Shown one piece after another: positions 59,120 to 64,000 of a stretch of 64,000 nucleotides of DNA. Numbering within the stretch: position 1 is the first letter of the stretch; each line of letters begins with the position of its first letter. Under the pieces are notes generated by a model. It was not told the DNA's origin and did not search any database. It was given only the letters and a program-made list of their open reading frames with translations. The DNA is from Bacteroidota bacterium (lineage in GTDB: Bacteria > Bacteroidota > Rhodothermia > Rhodothermales > UBA10348), in assembly GCA_029262855.1 (NCBI GenBank), contig JAJCYP010000076.1, forward strand, positions 4,784 through 68,783, in the 5' to 3' direction. The translations under genes and the position numbers were made by a program.

Positions 59120-60385
59120 ATGGATCCGATCATCATCCCCCTCGTGGCCATTCTGGCCATCCTCGCTGTCCTCGGTATTATCAGGACCAATCTGAAGATC
59201 TGTCAACCCAATGAGGTGCTGATCTTCTCGGGGCGGACACGCCACTTGAGCGACGGCGGAAAGGTGGGGTACCGCGTAATCCGCGGAGGTCGCGGTTTTC
59301 GGGTGCCCATCATCGAAAAGGTGGATCGCCTGTTCCTCAACACGATCCCCCTCGACCTGACCGTCAGCAACGCCTACTCCAAGGGCGGCATCCCCTTGAA
59401 GGTACAGGCCATCGCTAATATCAAGATCTCGTCCCGCGAGCCCGAGTTGGGCAACGCGGTAGAGCGTCTGCTGGGTAAGCCGTTGGACGAGATTCAGCTC
59501 ATTGCCAAAGAAACCCTGGAAGGAAATCTCCGCGGCGTCCTGGCCTCATTGACTCCTGAAGAGGTAAACGAGGATCGACTCAAGTTTGCCAAGGAGCTTC
59601 TGGAAGAGGCCGACAATGATCTTGGCGCCCTGGGTTTGCAGCTGGATACCCTGAAGATCCAGAATGTTGACGATGATCGCGGATACCTGGACGCCATTGG
59701 CCGGCAGAGCACCGCACACATCATTGCCGCAGCCGAGGTGGTGGAAGCCGACCAGCGCGAGCAGGCGAAGTTGGCGGAGGCGAAGGCTGACGAAGCGATT
59801 GTCCAGGCCCAGAACCGGGTGCGCATCATCAGAGCACAGTTGGGTGCCCAGGCCGAGGCTGAAGAGGCCAAGATCAGTGTGGCAGGTGACGTGGCCCGGG
59901 CTCGTGCCGAGCAGGAACTGGCCGAACAGGAGATCCTGCTTGCCCAGAAACGGCAACAGGCTGAGATCGTGGTCAAGTCAGAAGCGGAGCGGGAGGCCAA
60001 GGAGAATGCGGCCAAGGGTAACGCCGCCCGGATCTTCGAGGACGGACAGGCGGAGGTCCGGATTCTCCAGGAGAAGCTGGAGCTCTGGAAGAGCGCCGGC
60101 GCCGATGCGGAACGTCTCTTCCTGATTCAGATGCTCCCCGACATCTTGAAGGAGGTCATCAAGACCGTCGACAATCTCACCATCGATAACCTCACGGTTG
60201 TGGACTCCGGCGGAGCCGGCGCGGGTGTACCTGCGGTGTTCAATCAGATCGCCGGCGCGACCCCCGCTCTGCTCGAGAGCCTGAAGGCGACCACGGGAAT
60301 CGACGTGGCGGGGATGCTTCGCCAGGCATCCGCAAGGCCTGCTGCCGAAATCGAGGTGACGACCGGGGGCGACTCGGCTGGATGA
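59120..60385 (+). CDS. flotillin / SPFH (band 7) family protein (YqiK-like)
   Basis: N-terminal TM, SPFH domain, then a long Ala/Glu-rich coiled-coil (EAKADEAIVQAQ...). Confidence 0.8.
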   Translation: MDPIIIPLVAILAILAVLGIIRTNLKICQPNEVLIFSGRTRHLSDGGKVGYRVIRGGRGFRVPIIEKVDRLFLNTIPLDLTVSNAYSKGGIPLKVQAIANIKISSREPELGNAVERLLGKPLDEIQLIAKETLEGNLRGVLASLTPEEVNEDRLKFAKELLEEADNDLGALGLQLDTLKIQNVDDDRGYLDAIGRQSTAHIIAAAEVVEADQREQAKLAEAKADEAIVQAQNRVRIIRAQLGAQAEAEEAKISVAGDVARARAEQELAEQEILLAQKRQQAEIVVKSEAEREAKENAAKGNAARIFEDGQAEVRILQEKLELWKSAGADAERLFLIQMLPDILKEVIKTVDNLTIDNLTVVDSGGAGAGVPAVFNQIAGATPALLESLKATTGIDVAGMLRQASARPAAEIEVTTGGDSAG

Positions 60386-60416
60386 CCAACCAGCCCACTC
60401 CTGACAGGAGGCCGTA

Positions 60417-61028
60417 TCAGGAAGCCTGACGCCGGTCAGCTGGCCGACTGACGGCCTCCTCAAACTCGCGCGTCCACTCAGCGGGGCGATTGATCCGGCG
60501 TCGGCGTACCGTCGCTGCCAACCTACCATCCCACCCTTCTGCGGACAGCGTACTCCGACCGGAGTGAACCCGCCGGACCGTCGAAAGCGCTGCCAGTCGA
60601 GCCGACTTGCCGGCCTTGAACAGGGACGGCTCGGCGGCCTCCAAGAGGCTGACAACGGCCAGGGCATTCTTCTGTGCGTCCAGTCGTGATACGCAGAATA
60701 CGACGTCATACGCTCCGTAGACCAGCAAGACCGCCTCGCGCTCCTTGGCCGACTCGCCAACCAGCACGGCGGCCCTTCTCCCGCCCTTTTCCAGGACGAT
60801 GTCCGCCGATACCGAGCCGATGGGCGTGGCAACGCTCTGCCCAACTCGCATGGCGCAGGACTCGTTCAGCGCCCGGCGAAGCGTATGCACAAGCATTCTC
60901 GGCGAGTCACTCCGAGTGGCTTTGCCCGGAAGCGGCGCCCGCGGCGACTGCGGATCCCTTTCGCTCTCGGATGAGCGCCGGCTCCGGCTCAGTTGGTCTA
61001 CGCTTGGATTCACTGTGATTGCCTGCAT
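60417..61028 (-). CDS. hypothetical protein, possible PD-(D/E)xK-like nuclease fold
   Basis: ADIVLEKGG...VLVGESAKE resembles a D...E.K nuclease core. This call is weak. Confidence 0.3.
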   Translation of the reverse strand: MQAITVNPSVDQLSRSRRSSESERDPQSPRAPLPGKATRSDSPRMLVHTLRRALNESCAMRVGQSVATPIGSVSADIVLEKGGRRAAVLVGESAKEREAVLLVYGAYDVVFCVSRLDAQKNALAVVSLLEAAEPSLFKAGKSARLAALSTVRRVHSGRSTLSAEGWDGRLAATVRRRRINRPAEWTREFEEAVSRPADRRQAS

Positions 61029-61068
61029 GGCCTTCTCCCTTGGTTACGATACAAGGGTACAAAGGGTT

Positions 61069-61088
61069 ATATGACATCGATATGTCAT
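61069..61088. promoter_or_regulatory. inverted repeat TATGACAT-CGAT-ATGTCATA upstream of the 60417..61028 gene
   Basis: Read directly. It has the same TGACA-N6-TGTCA core as the 53536 palindrome. Confidence 0.4.
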
Positions 61089-61164
61089 ACCCCACACACA
61101 TTAGTCACATGTTTTTTTGTTTTCCGCTCGCGATCCTGGATCGCTACGGACTCCATCGCGCCGA

Positions 61165-61689
61165 TCAGACTCGGTAGCGATAGCTCAGCTTGAGGAAGAA
61201 GCCGTCGTTGAGCCGGGTGAAGTCGTTGAACCGATAGGTCTGCGGCTCCGAGAGATTCGCGGCGTACCCAAGAAAAAGCACCGTCCCGGGAGTCGGTCGA
61301 TAAGAAAACAGCCAGTCGAATTGGAACGAGTTTGTTCGCCGCTCCCCGACCGGACTGTACGTCCCGCTCGACTCGTCCAGCACCACGATGGGGCGATTGG
61401 TTCTTGAATCGTCCCGGAGGGCGTCCCGAAAATTGGAATCATACTGCCCAACCACTCGGACAAAGAGTGACGGTGTCATCTGGTATTCCACCTTCAGCCG
61501 TGGAACGCGATGGATACCAACATTGGACTGGTCCGTCACCCGGACGTCATCACGGCCTCCCACCAGAAAGAGGCTTCCCGAGAACTGTCGCCACCGTGGC
61601 GTGGCGAGCCCGGACCAGAAACCGAGATTGGTCAGTCGGTCGACCCCCACGTAGGGCGTCGGCACGCCCCCCGGGCTCTCGGGCGCCAC
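61165..61689 (-). pseudogene. C-terminal remnant of a second DUF5916-family gene copy (the N-terminal ~560 aa are missing)
   Basis: The C-terminus ...FQFDWLFSYRPTPGTVLFLGYAANL...NDGFFLKLSYRYRV aligns with the C-terminus of the 49772..51985 protein (...RFRYNFREGNDLWLVYNAGLNL...GGRMLLLKYTYTFIR). There is no signal peptide or N-terminal domain, and the gene abuts the upstream gene. Confidence 0.4.
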
Positions 61690-61705
61690 GTAGTAGTCGG
61701 TTTGA

Positions 61706-63442
61706 TCAGAATCGTTGGATAAAGAGTGGATAAGCGTGCCCCGACGGAGTCACCAAAAAAACCGGGCCGGCCGGCAGGTCCGAGATGTCCAGCACGCCAG
61801 ACTTCGGAGATCGGGACGTCAGGCGCCGCCCCAGAAGATCAAAAATCATGATGGTCTCCGCGCCTTGGACGTTTACCTGGTCAGAGGCCGGGTTGGGAAA
61901 CGGCGGCGCCATCTCACGGCCAGGGAGCGGCGAGTCGGGCTCGACAAACGTCACCCCTCGCGACCCACCGTACCGAAGCGTGTGGTATTGACCCGGATCG
62001 ACCCCGAACCAGTGGTCCTGGGTGCCGTCGGGCCAGCTGACCGATACCTGGTCCACCTCAGTTTCGCCCGCCAGACCAAAGTGCGCGGGTAGAATGCTCT
62101 GGCCCAGGAAGTCTATCCCGTCCATGTAGCGCCGCTGTACGCTTCCTCCGGCCGACACAGTGACCTCGGCGCCGACTCCCCAGCGATTCAAGGGCGGACC
62201 GTCCAGCCAGAAGCCGATCCAGTTGCCCGGACTGGTGGTTCGTTTCATCAGCACGGATTGGCTGCGGAAATTCCCGATCAACAGATCAAGGGCGCCGTCG
62301 CTGTCAGGATCAAAAACCGTGAGCCCCCGTGCCTCGGCCCAGGAATCCGTACCGGTGGCCTCCGACCGATCCACGTACAGGACACCGCCTGCCGGCGGTT
62401 GACGCGCCTCCAGGAACCGGTTGCCGGAGGGGTCCGTGGGAAAGCCCGTGACCGTGTAGAGGTCCTGGTCTGCATCGTTGTCGGCGTCAAAAAACTCGAC
62501 GCCCCAGGCCCAACCCGTCTGCGCGATTCCAAAGCTCTCCGCACTCTCCACGAAGCGGGCCGACTCGCGCAGAAACAGCGGATTGGGATACCGGTCGGCA
62601 ATGTTGGTGACGAAGATGTCTGCCTTGCCGTCCCGATTGACATCGGCCAGCGCCACACCCATCCCGTTTCCTTCGTCCTCCAGGCCCCACGCAGCCGTGT
62701 CCTCGAGGTACGTCCCATCGCCCTGCTGCAAATAGAGTCGGTTGGGGCCGAAGTCGTTGATCACATAGAGGTCATTCAGACCGTCCTCATCGACGTCCAT
62801 GGGGAGGGCTCCCCACGAAAACCCGCCATCCACAAGACCGCGCGCGGCCGCCTCTTCGGTAAACGTGCCGTCACCCTGGTTCATGTAAAGGCGATTGGGA
62901 CCGACCCAGGCGGAAACGTACAAATCCAGATCACCGTCGCCATCGAGGTCCGCCCAACTCCCCGCCACATCGTTTGCGGTGTCGTCAGTCCCGAAGACCC
63001 CTGCACGTACGGTGACGTCCTCGAAGGTGCCGTCGCCGCGATTCCGGTAGAGGCGGTCCGGTCCGATGCGGGCCAGGAAGAGATCGGGCAGGCGGTCTCC
63101 GTCAAAGTCTCCCCACGAGGCCCCGAACCGGTTGCCCTGCTGGCCCCGGCGGTACCCGCCATCGAAGGGCTCGATGCCCGATCCGGCGGTGATTTCCTCG
63201 AAGGTCCCGTCGCCCCGGTTCCGGAACAGATGATTCCACGTGGTCGGGTCGGATTCATCCCGCTCTTCCGGTGAGACCACGTACAGGTCTACGTCGCCGT
63301 CCAGATCGATGTCTGCGGCCGCCATTCCACTCGCCCGAAGAATGGACTCCAACCCGGCCTGCGCAGTGACGTCCGAGTAGGGCTGGGCCGACACCGACAA
63401 CGGGACGAAGAGCAGAATGGCGATGAGGAGAGATCTGGGCAT
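61706..63442 (-). CDS. FG-GAP/ASPIC-UnbV (CRTAC1-like) repeat protein with T9SS C-terminal sorting domain
   Basis: Signal peptide. Repeated DxDGDGxxDL calcium-binding FG-GAP motifs. C-terminal about 80 aa (...VNVQGAETIMIFDLLGRRL...GVLDISDLPAGPVFLV...) resembles a Por secretion tail. Confidence 0.7.
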   Translation of the reverse strand: MPRSLLIAILLFVPLSVSAQPYSDVTAQAGLESILRASGMAAADIDLDGDVDLYVVSPEERDESDPTTWNHLFRNRGDGTFEEITAGSGIEPFDGGYRRGQQGNRFGASWGDFDGDRLPDLFLARIGPDRLYRNRGDGTFEDVTVRAGVFGTDDTANDVAGSWADLDGDGDLDLYVSAWVGPNRLYMNQGDGTFTEEAAARGLVDGGFSWGALPMDVDEDGLNDLYVINDFGPNRLYLQQGDGTYLEDTAAWGLEDEGNGMGVALADVNRDGKADIFVTNIADRYPNPLFLRESARFVESAESFGIAQTGWAWGVEFFDADNDADQDLYTVTGFPTDPSGNRFLEARQPPAGGVLYVDRSEATGTDSWAEARGLTVFDPDSDGALDLLIGNFRSQSVLMKRTTSPGNWIGFWLDGPPLNRWGVGAEVTVSAGGSVQRRYMDGIDFLGQSILPAHFGLAGETEVDQVSVSWPDGTQDHWFGVDPGQYHTLRYGGSRGVTFVEPDSPLPGREMAPPFPNPASDQVNVQGAETIMIFDLLGRRLTSRSPKSGVLDISDLPAGPVFLVTPSGHAYPLFIQRF

Positions 63443-64000
63443 GAGTCCCTCAGAATACGGACGATCCGCTCGTGAGGAAATGACTCCGGGAATACCCTGC
63501 CGCTAGTCCAGGCCCTTAAGGCGGATCCACACTGGGGGTCTATGATAAATATGCTGTTCCAGGAGACCGGATAGTCCGAGTACAGCACCCCAGGCAGCCC
63601 CTCGACCTCCGGCCTTTCTGCCCACGACGGCTTCGCCCACCGCGGCGCCGAGCGCAATTTGAGTCATTGACACTCCCCGCGCTGAAGCGCGAGGATTCTT
63701 CCTTCATCTCAAGCCGCCTTGCCAACCGTGGTTGACATCGGTCTTCCGCTCGATCCAGAAGCATGGGGCGATGGACATCGCCCATACGGCGTGTCCCGCC
63801 GCAAGACATTGATGGCCGCATTCACATCACGATCATGCTCGCTGCCGCAGGCAGGGCACGCCCATCTTCGGATGTGGAGGGGCAGTGATCCCGTCCGGTG
63901 GCCACAGTCGGAGCAATCCCGACTCGTGTACTGCGGAGCGACAAGGACCACCTCCTTGCCGTACCACGCGGCCTTGTACTGGAGCATGCGCACGAACTGC
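63443..64000 (-). mobile_element. right end of an IS200/IS605-family element (tnpB 3' end plus about 260 nt expected to carry omega-RNA/RE)
   Basis: TnpB elements carry their guide RNA and subterminal hairpin downstream of or overlapping the tnpB 3' end. Here that is the non-coding stretch 63443-63708. Confidence 0.4.
63709..64000 (-). CDS. tnpB: IS200/IS605-family TnpB (RNA-guided nuclease, OrfB), C-terminal part; N-terminus beyond window edge
   Basis: ...VVLVAPQYTSRDCSDCGH...RRWACPACGSEHDRDVNAAINVLRR is the zinc-finger/RuvC-III end of TnpB. The ORF is open to the window edge. Confidence 0.75.
   Translation of the reverse strand, partial: QFVRMLQYKAAWYGKEVVLVAPQYTSRDCSDCGHRTGSLPLHIRRWACPACGSEHDRDVNAAINVLRRDTPYGRCPSPHASGSSGRPMSTTVGKAA

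Noticed and set aside
61069-61088. Reading TGACA/TGTCA half-sites as a CusR/CopR copper box
   Set aside because: The copper box has an N4 spacer (TGACAANNTTGTCA). Here the spacer is N6, and the downstream genes are DNA-metabolism-like, not metal genes.
63540-63821. 93-aa minus-strand ORF overlapping the tnpB 3' end and right-end region
   Set aside because: It is an alternative frame of the TnpB tail and the presumed non-coding omega-RNA region. Its product is Arg-rich nonsense.

Overview
This is a GC-rich (~65%) bacterial window that uses Shine-Dalgarno-like sites and carries T9SS C-terminal sorting tails and beta-propeller hybrid kinases, which points to Bacteroidota/Rhodothermota (inference). 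It is dominated by a metal/metalloid island.

The window opens with the 3' part of a bifunctional aspartokinase/homoserine dehydrogenase gene on the minus strand (the ORF track omitted this edge-open ORF) and a tRNA-Ala(GGC). Beside the tRNA sits a 49-aa in-frame remnant that fuses the N-terminus of an ArsR-type regulator to the C-terminus of a MerT-MerP-like protein. It is about 93% identical to pieces of the intact mer locus at 18.2-19.2 kb.

Next comes a three-gene regulatory unit like the AioXSR/ArxXSR units of respiratory arsenic loci: a PhnD-like periplasmic binding protein, a sensor kinase, and a sigma-54-dependent NtrC-type regulator. It lies upstream of moaA and a porin + NrfD + molybdopterin oxidoreductase + 4Fe-4S + TorD + AhpD-like operon (catalytic subunit: TAT leader and C-X2-C-X3-C-X27-C motif). 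That operon abuts arsR-arsD-arsA, which has no arsB or arsC in the window. I read the ensemble as an arsenic-respiratory (Arr/Arx-type) locus that looks undescribed for this lineage.

Downstream are a mer cassette (ArsR-family regulator, MerT-MerP fusion, MerA without the N-terminal metal-binding domain), CusF-like and DUF302 genes, three paralogous heavy-metal RND efflux systems with different gene orders, and a CusRS-like two-component pair. In the second efflux system a CusA/CzcA-type pump is fused in frame, with no stop codon, to a complete TolC/CzcC-type outer membrane factor including its signal peptide. This gives one 1474-codon CDS (29793..34214); it sits inside the ORF track's 1504-aa ORF.

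The distal third holds a beta-propeller hybrid kinase with a receiver-only partner, a pentapeptide-repeat protein, a DUF5916 outer membrane protein and a remnant of a second copy, a PHB-depolymerase-like esterase, a solitary Rad52-like annealing protein, a YqiJ/NfeD-like protein, a LytTR-LytS operon with a TAT-exported class V aminotransferase, DUF442 phosphatase and MORN protein, a flotillin, an FG-GAP/ASPIC T9SS substrate, and a partial IS200/IS605 TnpB at the right edge. Two TGACA-N6-TGTCA palindromes upstream of the Rad52-like gene and a nuclease-like hypothetical gene suggest a shared regulator.

I saw no CRISPR array and no rRNA.
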